Assembly (NCBI GenBank): GCA_965261085.1 | Contig: OZ253442.1 | Location: 3,968,001 to 4,032,000 of the forward strand | Source: a bacterium | GTDB taxonomy: Bacteria; UBA8248 | Length of the DNA stretch: 64,000 nt | Reading direction: 5' to 3' | Shown here: in pieces, positions 1 to 9,374 of the stretch | Layout of the letters: each line of letters opens with the position of its first letter | Position numbering within the stretch: position 1 is the first letter of the stretch | Notes under the pieces: model-generated | Database searches by the model: none | What the model saw: the letters and a program-made list of their open reading frames with translations, nothing else | What the model was told of the DNA's origin: nothing | Position numbers and translations under genes: made by a program

Positions 1-1
1 C

Positions 2-1351
2 CTGGCCCGCGTGAACCGCGTTTTAGACCTGAGTTGGCTGCGCGAGGAGGTGGCGGACTGCTATTGCGCGGACAACGGTCGTCCGGGGGTCGACCCGGAG
101 GTGGCGGTTCGCCTGATGCTGGCGGGCCTTCTGCTGGGGTTCGTGCACGACCGTCGGTTGATGCGCGAGGCGCAGGTGAACCTCGCGATCCGGTGGTTCA
201 TCGGTTACGGGCTGGAGGATCGGCTGCCGGACCATTCGAGCCTGACGCGGATACGGCAGCGCTGGGGGGAGGCCCGGTTCCGGGAGATATTCCGCCGCAC
301 GGTCCGTGCGTGCCTGGATGCGAAGGTGGCCAAGGCCGAAGTCGTGCACGTGGACGCCTCATTGATCCGCGCGGACGTGAGTTGGGAGAGTCTGGTGGAG
401 CGTCACGTGGACGAGGTGATGGCGGAGAACCCCTTGGAGGAGGAGGCCGGGAAGAAGGGTGGAGGAGGCCGCCGGGGCGGGGGTTCGGGGAAGGTGAGCC
501 GAACGGACCCGGACGCGCGCCTTGCGAGATCAGGCGGGCGCGGGGGATTCGAGCCGAGCTACAAGCAGCACGCGGCGGTGGACGACGCGAGAGGCGTTGT
601 GCTCGACGTTTCGGTGACGGATGGTACGGTGAACGAGCGGGAGGTGATCGAATCGCAGGTGGAAGCGGTATGCGAGGTATCGGGGCGCGCGCCCGCGATG
701 GTGACGGCGGACTCGGGCTACGCCTACTCGAAGGTCTACGGGGCTCTGGAGCGCAGAGGCGTCGCCGCGCTCATCCCGGCGAAGAAAGAACCCTCGCAGA
801 GCCGGGTTCCCTTGCGCCTGTTCCGCTACGACGCGCGGAACAACATCGTGAAGTGTCCGCGCGGCAAGACACTGAGCCCCCGGCGGGACACGGAGCGGGG
901 GCGCTACTATCGTTCGAGGACGCGTGATTGCGCGGGCTGCGCGCTTCGCGAGGATTGCCTGCCGAAGGCGTGGTCGAGCAAGGTGGTGTTGGTTCCGCAT
1001 GCGTATCCGGCGCTGTTGCGCGCGCGCCGGCGCCATGCGCGATGGGGCGAGGAGGAGCGGCGGATGTACCGGCGCCATATGTGGCGTTCGGAGGGCTATC
1101 ACGGCGAGGCGAAGACCTGGCACGGACTGGCGCGCGCGGTGCGGCGGGGACTTGAGAACATGAAGATACAGTCCTACCTGACGGCGGCGGCGATCAACCT
1201 CAAGCGGCTCGCCGCCGCTCTAGCGGCAAGGTTATTCGCCCTCTGGACGGCCCGCGTCGCCCGGAAACGCCGGCTGCATGTCTATCTCGCTCACCCGCGC
1301 CGTCATAGGCGTTCCTTCTACGACAGCCGGAAACCAGATGATGAGCGATGA
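2..1351 (+). mobile_element. IS1182-family transposase, copy 1 (5' part outside window; 3' end fused to unrelated sequence, no right IR seen)
   Basis: GRPGVDPE, WFIGYGLED..PDHSSL, VDAS, ADSGY and K..HGL.RA..RGL motifs; closely similar to copy 2 until about 1290, then diverges. Confidence 0.9.
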
Positions 1352-1711
1352 TTTCGCCGTAACGGCGGGCTGGGGACATTATGGAGCGGGGGACGCCGTG
1401 ATGCCTGGCGGAGGCCACGCCGTCGAGCGGGCCTATACGGAAGCAGAACGCGCCGCTCTCGGCGATGCGCTGCCCGTGCTTGGGCTAAGGCTTTCGACGT
1501 ATATCTGAACGAGCGAGCCTTGTGGCGGTGCATCCCCGCCGCCGTCTGGAACTACAAGCTAGGCAGCTATCAGGTCTTGAAGAAATGGCTCTCCTACCGC
1601 GAACAGGCCATCCTCAAATGCCCCTTGAAGCCGGAAGAAGTCCAGCACTTCATGGACACGGCAAGACACATCGCGGGGATTTTGATGCTGACAAATGGGG
1701 CGCATCCGTAA
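1298..1711 (+). pseudogene. C-terminal remnant of a type ISP (LlaBIII/LlaGI-like) restriction-modification enzyme, frameshifted
   Basis: ORFs 1278-1508 and 1520-1711 join if one G is added in GGG 1482-1484, giving VPSTTAGNQMMSDDFAVTAGWGH...FDVYLNERALWRCIPAAVWNYKLGSYQVLKKWLSYRE, which resembles the Type_ISP_C domain. Confidence 0.7.
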
Positions 1712-1790
1712 AGACGCATCCAAAACCAACAGGGAGAACACACAGGTTCTCCCCTACGAGGCGTTCAGATTGATCAATCCCTCCCTCATC

Positions 1791-3312
1791 GGGGTTGTTG
1801 AAAAACCCCTGACTCTATGCTTGGATGTATGGATATTACGCGCCCGAGAAGGGAATATCCGCGATGTTGGGACGCAAGAACCGCGCCCAGATGGATTTGT
1901 TCATCACCGGTTCGCTGGAGAGGTTGATTCCCGAGGATCACATATTGGCCCGCGTGAACCGCGTTCTGGACCTGAGTTGGCTGCGCGAGGAAGTGGCGGA
2001 TTGTTATTGCGCGGACAACGGCCGTCCTGGGATCGACCCCGAAGTGGCGGTTCGGTTGATGTTGGCGGGCCTTCTGCTGGGGTTCGTGCACGACCGTCGG
2101 TTGATGCGCGAGGCGCAGGTGAACATCGCGATCCGGTGGTTCATCGGTTACGGGCTGGAGGATCGGCTGCCGGATCATTCGAGCCTGACGCGGATACGGC
2201 AGCGCTGGGGGGAGGCCCGGTTCCGGGAGATATTCCGCCGCACGGTCCGTGCGTGCCTGGATGCGAAGGTGGCCAAGGCCGAAGTCGTGCACGTGGACGC
2301 CTCATTGATCCGCGCGGACGTGAGTTGGGAGAGTCTGGTGGAGCGTCACGTGGACGAGGTGATAGCGGAGAACCCCGTCGAGGAGGAGGCCGGGAAGAAG
2401 GGTGGAGGAGGCCGCCGTGGCGGGGGTTCCGGGAAGGTGAGCCGGACGGACCCGGACGCGCGGCTGGCGAGAACGGGCGGGGGATTCGAGCCGAGCTACA
2501 AGCAGCACGCTGTGGTGGACGACACGCGCGGGGTGGTGCTCGACGTATCGGTGACGGAGGGTACGGTGAACGAGCGTGAGGTGCTCGAATCGCAGGTGGA
2601 AGCGGTATGCGAGGTATCGGGGCGCGCGCCCGCGATGGTGACGGCGGACTCTGGCTACGCCTACTCGAAGGTCTACGCGGCCCTGGAGCGCCGGGGTGTG
2701 GCCGCGCTCATTCCGGCGAAGAGGGAACCCTCGCAGAGCCGTGTTCCGTTGCGCCTGTTCCGCTACGACGCGCGGCACGACATCGTGAAGTGTCCGCGCG
2801 GCAAGATACTGAGCCCCCGTCGGCCCGCAAAGGGGGGGCGTTATTATCGTTCGAAGACCCGTGATTGCGCGGGCTGCGCGCTTCGCGAGGATTGCCTGCC
2901 GAAGGCGTGGTCGAGCAAGGTGGTGTTGGTTCCGCATGCGTATCCGGCGCTGTTGCGCGCGCGCCGGCGCCATGCGCGATGGAGGGAGGAGGAGCGGCGG
3001 ATGTACCGGCGTCATATGTGGCGCTCGGAGGGCTACCACGGCGAGGCGAAGACCTGGCACGGGCTTGCGCGCGCGGTGCGGCGCGGTCTTGAGAACATGA
3101 AGATACAGTCCTACCTGACGGCGGCGGCGATCAACCTCAAGCGGCTCTCCGCCGCACTTGCTGCAAGGTTATTCGCCCTCTGGAGGGCCTGGTCGGCCCG
3201 GGAAGAGCCTCTGTGCGTCCATCGCGGCCTCGCAAGCTGCGCGGGCTTCCTGTCCGCCGCCGCGTGACCCTCCATACCGCCCGCTCCCGAAACCGGGTTA
3301 TTCAACAACCCC
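1791..3312 (+). mobile_element. Complete IS1182-family insertion sequence, copy 2
   Basis: IRL GGGGTTGTTGAAAAACCC (1791-1808) and IRR GGGTTATTCAACAACCCC (3295-3312) match 17/18 as inverted repeats; flanked by direct repeat TCATC (1786-1790, 3313-3317). Confidence 0.93.
1864..3267 (+). CDS. IS1182-family DDE transposase
   Basis: Likely start MLGRKNRAQMDLF; IPEDHIL..V, GRPGIDP, VDAS, ADSGY, Cys cluster C..C.LR..C. Confidence 0.93.
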   Translation: MLGRKNRAQMDLFITGSLERLIPEDHILARVNRVLDLSWLREEVADCYCADNGRPGIDPEVAVRLMLAGLLLGFVHDRRLMREAQVNIAIRWFIGYGLEDRLPDHSSLTRIRQRWGEARFREIFRRTVRACLDAKVAKAEVVHVDASLIRADVSWESLVERHVDEVIAENPVEEEAGKKGGGGRRGGGSGKVSRTDPDARLARTGGGFEPSYKQHAVVDDTRGVVLDVSVTEGTVNEREVLESQVEAVCEVSGRAPAMVTADSGYAYSKVYAALERRGVAALIPAKREPSQSRVPLRLFRYDARHDIVKCPRGKILSPRRPAKGGRYYRSKTRDCAGCALREDCLPKAWSSKVVLVPHAYPALLRARRRHARWREEERRMYRRHMWRSEGYHGEAKTWHGLARAVRRGLENMKIQSYLTAAAINLKRLSAALAARLFALWRAWSAREEPLCVHRGLASCAGFLSAAA

Positions 3313-3762
3313 TCATCGGTCGGGATTGACCCTCCCCCTCACCCATCGCGCCGCGCCGCGCAGCCTGCGCAGCCACGGGTAGAAAACGCGCACGCGCTTG
3401 GGATTCGAGGCGAACCATTTCGCGAGCGTCCTGAACCAGCCGCCTTCGCTCGTCATCGCTTCGAGCGCCGTCATCGCAGAAGCGCCCTGATAGCGCCGAC
3501 CGTCCAGGACGAGCGCCATCCCCTCCTCCACCTCGCACCCATCTTTGCGCAATTCGGCCACGAGGTCGGGCGCCCGGTTCGCGTCGATGAGCGTTAGAGG
3601 CCGCCCGGCCTGCGTCTTGAACCCCGATTTTCGCGCGTAGAAGCTGCAGAATGGACACTCGCCGTCATAGAGCAAAAAGTCGTCCTGAGAAGATGCGTCG
3701 GTAGGTTCGGTGCGCTCGGCTTCCGGTGAAGTCATCATCGCCTCCTCCTGTTCCACGCTCAT
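3313..3762 (-). CDS. DCC1/DUF393-family thiol-disulfide oxidoreductase
   Basis: LLYDGECPFC (DxxCxxC) motif, YQGASAM segment, typical size. Confidence 0.85.
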   Translation of the reverse strand: MSVEQEEAMMTSPEAERTEPTDASSQDDFLLYDGECPFCSFYARKSGFKTQAGRPLTLIDANRAPDLVAELRKDGCEVEEGMALVLDGRRYQGASAMTALEAMTSEGGWFRTLAKWFASNPKRVRVFYPWLRRLRGAARWVRGRVNPDR

Positions 3763-3883
3763 ATTCTCCGCGCGTAAGGGCGTCGAAGCAAGCGTTTGCG
3801 GCTGCGTGGCGGCTATTCACGCGCTGAAGAACAGAGGTCAAGAGGGGGATATGCGACCAAGGAGCAGAGCATTCTTGTAAATT

Positions 3884-4049
3884 ACTCCCCCCTTGAGGGG
3901 GAGTCGCAGAAGCCGAACTCTTTGAGTGAAGGCTGATGCGGTGGGGGGCGATTTCCGCAATTTCTCCCTCTTCGTTCAGGATTGACCCCCCACCGGCGCG
4001 ACTGCGGTCTTGCTCCCTTGTCTTGCCGACTCCCCCTCAAGGGGGGAGT
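3884..4049. repeat. Palindromic REP/MITE-like element, copy A
   Basis: Perfect 22-bp terminal inverted repeat ACTCCCCCCTTGAGGGGGAGTC / GACTCCCCCTCAAGGGGGGAGT plus inner pair CGGTGGGGGG / CCCCCCACCG. Confidence 0.85.
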
Positions 4050-4098
4050 GACAAGAGGTTCCCTTCTCGCCCAGTTCTCCTCCCAAGTCGGGTTTGCT

Positions 4099-4323
4099 CT
4101 ACCACTCCGCTGGGCAAGTTTGGGCTTCGAGTCGGCTCCGCTCTGACCGGAGGGTAACGAACACCTGATCTACCCGGCCAAGCAGGCTGCACAAAATCCG
4201 GTAATCCTCGGCTACGAATTGTTGCAGGCGACCATGCTTGGCGATGAACTCCTCCCCCACTCGGCCCACGATGAGCAGGATGAGGAGATTCGCGTCGATG
4301 AAGTACCCGGCCGGGGGCATCAA
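4099..4323 (-). pseudogene. Truncated PIN-domain toxin-like gene
   Basis: PIN start YFIDANLLILLIVG; PIN-like similarity ends at VFVT, where P.VL.E would be expected; only 74 aa. Confidence 0.65.
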
Positions 4324-4324
4324 A

Positions 4325-4609
4325 TCATTCGGAAACAGTAGGCAGGACGCGATCCGTGACCGACGACACGTTACCGCTATGCTTGTTAATGCTTACTACC
4401 TTATAGGAGCGCGCTTCGTGCTGTTTGCCGAACACGGTGGTCAAGGTGCCCCGCTGAGATAGCGGACGATAAAAACCGATGGTTATCTTCCAGTCGCTTG
4501 ACCCCATGTCGAGATCAACTTCTTCAAGGCCGACACCCGTGATCGCCTCATCGCCGAAAAGATCAATAATGTATTCTTTCGCTGTTTTCACGGCTTCCTT
4601 CACTTCCAT
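4325..4609 (-). CDS. Hypothetical protein, putative PIN partner or antitoxin
   Basis: 94 aa acidic ORF with GGAG RBS; abuts the PIN gene (1-bp gap). Confidence 0.65.
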   Translation of the reverse strand: MEVKEAVKTAKEYIIDLFGDEAITGVGLEEVDLDMGSSDWKITIGFYRPLSQRGTLTTVFGKQHEARSYKVVSINKHSGNVSSVTDRVLPTVSE

Positions 4610-4707
4610 TGGAGTCTCCTTTTCGCTTTTGGGTCCTCCAAGAACAATTCATAACACGGCCCAAGAGAGGAGACAAGAAAACACCCTTCTTCGCGGAAGA
4701 TCGCCTG

Positions 4708-6474
4708 CTACCACCCCACAGCATAGGATTCGCGCCTCGGGTCGGCCCCGCCGAGCAGGAAACCCGTTTCAGGGTCTTTCACGATGGCGCAGACGCTGCC
4801 GGGCGGCCAGCCGAAATCGGGCCACGAACCCATCTTGTAGCCCATCTCGGAGAGCGCGGGACCGACATCGCTCAGAAGCCGCGCCTCCGCTCGCGCGCTC
4901 GCAGGCTCATACTGATGGGGCCAGAACGAGTTGGGGAAATTGTAGGTAGCGGCTCTCGGCGCCTCGACCGCCATTTGGGGCATCATGCCGAAAAGGGCGT
5001 GGTTCAGGAAGACCTGCAGCATGACCTGGGGCTGGGCGTCGCCCCCCGGGGTGCCCAGCGTCATGTAGAACGCGCCGTCTTTGAGCGTGAGGGCCGGGTT
5101 GGGGGTTAGTCTCGGCCGCTTCCAGGGCGCCAGGCAGCTCGGATGCGCGGGGTCGAGCCAGCTTTGGGAACCGCGTCCCGAGACGGTCGCGCCTAAGCCG
5201 GGCACGAAGGGCATCGCGTTCGATGGGTCGGAAGGCGTGCAGGAAAAGGCATTGCCCTCAGAATCCACCGCCGTGCAGTAGGAGGTGTCGTGCTGGTACT
5301 CGGTCTCCGATTTTTTCGGAACGCGGTGCGCGCCGTCGTAACGCCAGGGATGCGCGCCGCCTTGATGCGCCCAGGGGTCTCCGGGTTCGGGCATGTCGGC
5401 AAAGGCGGCTCCTGCCTCGATTCGCTCAGCCTGCCGCGCGGCGTAATCTTTGGAGAGAAGGCCGTCCACCGGCACGTCCACGAACTCGGGGTCTCCGATG
5501 AAGGCCTCCCTGTCCGCAAACGCGAGATTGAGCGCGGCCATCATCGTGTGGAGGTAGGCGGGAGAATTGTGGCCCAGGGCCGTGAGGTCGAAGTTGGCGA
5601 GAATGTTCATCGCCTCTAACAGCGTCGGCCCCTGACACCAGGGACCGCAGGCGTACACCTCCTGGCCCAGGAATTCCGTCGCCACGGGCTCTTCTTCCAG
5701 AACGTGGAAATCGGCCAGATCACCCATCGTCATCAGTCCGCCGTTTCGCTGGATGAAGTCGATCATCAGGCGGGCCGTCTCTCCGGTGTAGACCTCATCG
5801 CGCGCCGCGCGCACGCCCCCGGCGCGACCGCCCGCCGCCCTTTGCTCCGCGCGCACCATGCGCCTCATCGTCTCGGCCAGATCGGGAATCCGCACCCGCC
5901 CGCCCACGGGGATGAGATGTCCTTTTGGAAAATAGATGGGCCGCGCCGATTCCCACCGGGCGTAGGATTCTTCCGCCGCCTTGATGTGGTCGTACATGAA
6001 ATGGTGCATGGGAAAACCGGCGTCCGCCAGGGAAATGGCGTCTTGGGCCACCTCGGCGAAGGTCATCGTGCCGTAGCACTCAAGCGCGGTGAGCCAGGCG
6101 TCCGCCGCCGCAGGGGTTACGGCCCGCCGGACTCCTGCGGGAATCTCGCCGCCGCAGTTTTTCTCGAACCAATCGATGGAGGCCGCCTTGGGCCAGCGGC
6201 CCAGACCGCTGATGGTCAAGACGCGTTTTTCTTTCGCCAGATAGATCATCGTGGGCGCGACGCCCAGGAACGACACCATGTCGGTCTGTAAGACGCTCAG
6301 GCAAATCCCCGCCGCGACGCCTGCGTCTATCGCGTTTCCGCCTTTTTCGAGGATCCTCAGTCCCGCCTGACTCGCGTAATGATGGCCGGATACGACCATC
6401 GCCTCACGCGCGGAAACCTGCGGCCTGTGGGAGATGTATTCGCGGCCTTCGGGAGTGGTGTGGCGAAACGCCAT
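4708..6474 (-). CDS. ggt: Gamma-glutamyltransferase family (Ntn-hydrolase)
   Basis: GGNAIDAGVA, nucleophile HDTSYCTAVD..GN, GTPGGD.QPQ, C-terminal GGADPRR. Confidence 0.92.
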   Translation of the reverse strand: MAFRHTTPEGREYISHRPQVSAREAMVVSGHHYASQAGLRILEKGGNAIDAGVAAGICLSVLQTDMVSFLGVAPTMIYLAKEKRVLTISGLGRWPKAASIDWFEKNCGGEIPAGVRRAVTPAAADAWLTALECYGTMTFAEVAQDAISLADAGFPMHHFMYDHIKAAEESYARWESARPIYFPKGHLIPVGGRVRIPDLAETMRRMVRAEQRAAGGRAGGVRAARDEVYTGETARLMIDFIQRNGGLMTMGDLADFHVLEEEPVATEFLGQEVYACGPWCQGPTLLEAMNILANFDLTALGHNSPAYLHTMMAALNLAFADREAFIGDPEFVDVPVDGLLSKDYAARQAERIEAGAAFADMPEPGDPWAHQGGAHPWRYDGAHRVPKKSETEYQHDTSYCTAVDSEGNAFSCTPSDPSNAMPFVPGLGATVSGRGSQSWLDPAHPSCLAPWKRPRLTPNPALTLKDGAFYMTLGTPGGDAQPQVMLQVFLNHALFGMMPQMAVEAPRAATYNFPNSFWPHQYEPASARAEARLLSDVGPALSEMGYKMGSWPDFGWPPGSVCAIVKDPETGFLLGGADPRRESYAVGW

Positions 6475-6563
6475 CAGGGAGCCTCCTTATCCAAGGAGAA
6501 TAGGTTAGTCGCCATATTGCCAGATGTTTTCGGATAAGCGCAAAGAGAGTTTTCGGGCGATTC

Positions 6564-7466
6564 CTACGCCATCGCCTCATCCACGAAGCGCATGTCCACC
6601 GCCTCTTCATAAGCGACGCCCGTCCCGATCAGCCCGCCGCTCAGGCAGGCGGCCCGGAGCCACTCGAAGCTCTCTTGCGCGAGGTGGGGATTCTGGTTCC
6701 AGAGACCGAGGCTCTTGTAGCGCGCGATAGCCTGAGCCAGAAGCTCGAAATCCATATCCTCGAACCAGGACTTCACGAGGCGGGCAATCGCCTCCGCGTC
6801 GTTATCTGCGAGCCAGCGCTCGGTCCTCAGTATGGCGCGCGTCATGCCGAGGGCGGATTCGGGGTTTTCTCTCAAAAACGAGGCCGACGCGTAAAACGCC
6901 GTATAGGTCGTCAGCCCCCGCTCCGCCGCCTGATACCAGACTTGGGGCCCGCCCTCTCGTATCAACTCCTCCGCAAAGGGCTGAAACACCTGGATGACGT
7001 CCACCTCGCCCGCGCGCAGGGCGTCTGCGTTCTCACCCATCGTCTTGTCCGGGATTCTCTCCAGCGCCGCCGGATCGAGCCCCGCCAGGCGCAAGTCGTG
7101 CTGAAGGCACATCCAGGGGGTGGGCACTTCGCTCACCGTGGCGATTTTGGGTCCCAACAGCTCGCTCATCCGGAATCCCGTGTTCGGCTCGCGACCGATG
7201 AGAAAAAACGGGTCGCGGCAGACGACCTCGCAGAACACCTTGAGGTCGCAATCCGGGTTTTTATCGTAGGCCACCATGACGCGCATGGGACCTCCCCAGC
7301 TCACCTGGGCGTCGCCGGACATGAGCAGGTTCGCGTTCTGGGCGGGATCGGGCGAGGTTTCCAGGCGAACGTCGACGCCCTGCTCTTCGAAGGCCCCCAA
7401 ACTGAAGGCGGCGTAGAACGGCGTATAGAAAACGGCCCTGAAATTCTCAAGCAGCGTGATACTCAA
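6564..7466 (-). CDS. ABC substrate-binding protein, NMT1/THI5/SsuA-like
   Basis: FYTPFYAA..LG.FEEQGVDV and G.VD.IQVFQPF motifs; TTG start 6 nt after GAGGAG. Confidence 0.85.
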   Translation of the reverse strand: MSITLLENFRAVFYTPFYAAFSLGAFEEQGVDVRLETSPDPAQNANLLMSGDAQVSWGGPMRVMVAYDKNPDCDLKVFCEVVCRDPFFLIGREPNTGFRMSELLGPKIATVSEVPTPWMCLQHDLRLAGLDPAALERIPDKTMGENADALRAGEVDVIQVFQPFAEELIREGGPQVWYQAAERGLTTYTAFYASASFLRENPESALGMTRAILRTERWLADNDAEAIARLVKSWFEDMDFELLAQAIARYKSLGLWNQNPHLAQESFEWLRAACLSGGLIGTGVAYEEAVDMRFVDEAMA

Positions 7467-7830
7467 ATCGATCTCCTCATGCGGAGCGACCGGCGCGGCG
7501 GCCCGCCTTGGCACTCGAAATCACTCCATCTTATTCATCATACCGCGACCGGATTTTCGACGTGGGCCGAGGTGTACACCCTAATCTCCCGAGGCCGTGT
7601 AGGCAACGAACGCCTGCCGCTTCTTGACAGTAGCCCATCGAGCCTGGGGTGGTGAAATACTGATTCGCCATGCACACCCCAAGCCACTATTTATATTTCA
7701 TGAATCCCCGTTTGTAGAGTTCATACTCCAGACGCAGCTTCACCTCTCGTGGGACGAATTTATATAATTTATATATGATTGTCGCTGCCACGCACAGAAT
7801 GACGATCGTTTCGATAATTGCACCCTCCGT

Positions 7831-7932
7831 CTAAGAGACCAAAGCCTTTTCCGCATAGGCCCCCAGTGCGAAGGCGGCGTAGAACGGCGTATAGAAAACG
7901 GCCCTGAAATTCTCAAGCAGCGTGATGCTCAC
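7831..7932 (-). pseudogene. Truncated duplicate of the 5' end of the adjacent SBP gene
   Basis: 57 bp identical (7870-7926 = 7404-7460); AGGAGG RBS plus GTG; MSITLLENFRAVFYTPFYAAFALGAYAEKALVS then TAG. Confidence 0.85.
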
Positions 7933-7980
7933 ATGAACCTCCTATGGGACGTGCATTACCCAGAGACGTAACGACTCTCC

Positions 7981-9204
7981 TCAAAGCATCGGCGTTATGG
8001 TTTTCATCATCAATTCACGCTCGTCGATCCCGAACACCCCGGCCAGCCAGTCGGCGAGAACCTCCTGGCCGATGGTGGGGTTGTCGTGCTGGCAGTGGTC
8101 GGCGCCCGTCTCCTCCTCATCGACGAGCCTGAGCGTCACGTCCACCCCCGCCACTTGGGCGGCCTCATACACCCTGCGCGCCTGGGCCACGCCGAGCACG
8201 TCGTAGCCCCCGTGGACGATGAGGAAGGGACACTTCATACGTCCGATGTGTCCTTCCAGCGTATAGGGGGCGAGCTTCTCGACCGCTTCTCGCACGCTCG
8301 CGGCGCCGAACACCCACTTGATGGAATCGGCCAGGCGGTGATCTTCGCCCGCGTCGCGCCACAGGTCCTGCAGGCTCCACCCGGCGGTGTGGGAGAGAGC
8401 GGCGGCGAGCCGAGATTCATAGCAGGCCGCCCGGGCGGCGAAATGGCCTCCGATTCCCCCGCCGCAGACGGCGATCCGGGAGGGGTCCACATCTGCCCGC
8501 GTCTCGAGATAATCGATGCAGCGGCCCACGGGCGCCTCGTAGTCGTGGCGGCTGGTGATGCCCCCCCGCCTGAGCGTGCCGCCCTGGCCGGGGCCGTCGA
8601 TCATCAAGACCGATATGCCGCGCTGCAAGAAGCCCCGGCCCGCCATGAACCACATTTCATCCTTATAGGCGTCCAAGCCGCCGAAGGAGATGAGGGCGGG
8701 TTGTTTCTCCACGCGGAATGGCGCGGGCGCGAAATAGGCGTCCAGATGCGCGCCGTTCTCATAAGGGACCTGCACCACCTCGCCGGGAGGTGTGAGATGG
8801 GCGAGAAACGCCTTGGAGCACGCCTCCACCTTCTCGAAAGTAGCGAGCCTGCGCGGATCGGCCGACTCGAGCCAGAATTCCGCACTCCTGTAGTAATCCA
8901 CAGCGCGCAGCCAGCAGTTGCGCGCCGTCTGGATGCGCCCCGCAGCGGCCGCCTCATCCCCGCGTGCGCGGTTGCGATCGCCCACGCGCGTCCACTCCAC
9001 GTACCAGCTCTCGTTGTCGCCGGGCGTCATGCGGCTCGCGGCCTGAAAGCACTCGCTCACCGAGCCGCCGCCTTCCTGGGTTTCGCCCAGAGCGCGGCGA
9101 AACTGATAGGACATCCAGGGATGCTCGGGCCAGTGGTGCCAGCCGTAGGGTTCGTAGTGCGGCCCCCGGGATTCGTCTATCCGGTCGATCGCTTTTTCTT
9201 CCAT
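7981..9204 (-). CDS. FrsA/DHPON-hydrolase-like alpha/beta hydrolase lacking the nucleophile Ser
   Basis: GGLD..K.E, IDGPGQG, RADVDPSRI, HGGYD, GADHCQ; nucleophile elbow reads CGGGIGG. Confidence 0.85.
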   Translation of the reverse strand: MEEKAIDRIDESRGPHYEPYGWHHWPEHPWMSYQFRRALGETQEGGGSVSECFQAASRMTPGDNESWYVEWTRVGDRNRARGDEAAAAGRIQTARNCWLRAVDYYRSAEFWLESADPRRLATFEKVEACSKAFLAHLTPPGEVVQVPYENGAHLDAYFAPAPFRVEKQPALISFGGLDAYKDEMWFMAGRGFLQRGISVLMIDGPGQGGTLRRGGITSRHDYEAPVGRCIDYLETRADVDPSRIAVCGGGIGGHFAARAACYESRLAAALSHTAGWSLQDLWRDAGEDHRLADSIKWVFGAASVREAVEKLAPYTLEGHIGRMKCPFLIVHGGYDVLGVAQARRVYEAAQVAGVDVTLRLVDEEETGADHCQHDNPTIGQEVLADWLAGVFGIDERELMMKTITPML

Positions 9205-9374
9205 GAGAAGACTCCCCCCAAAATCAGATCCAAATGGTGAAAGCGCCCGCTCGGCCAGCGGATGAAGGAGACTACCCCCGCGCGAGCGGAATCGAAATCA
9301 GATGGTGAGCGATACCTGCCTCTCCCTCATGCGAACCTCTCGGCCGACCGAGCGACTCGCCGGCCTCTGCACCC

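Noticed and set aside
1311-1328. Possible degenerate right IR of IS copy 1 (TTCTACGACAGCC)
   Set aside because: Only 9/13 match, and it lies within codons (VPSTTA) that belong to the type ISP remnant.
8086-9240. Long opposite-strand or alternate-frame ORFs here and at 6675-7655, 10021-11163, 22405-23304, 55999-57051 and 62036-63019
   Set aside because: Shadow ORFs of well-supported genes in high-GC DNA; Arg/Pro/Gly-rich with no family motifs.
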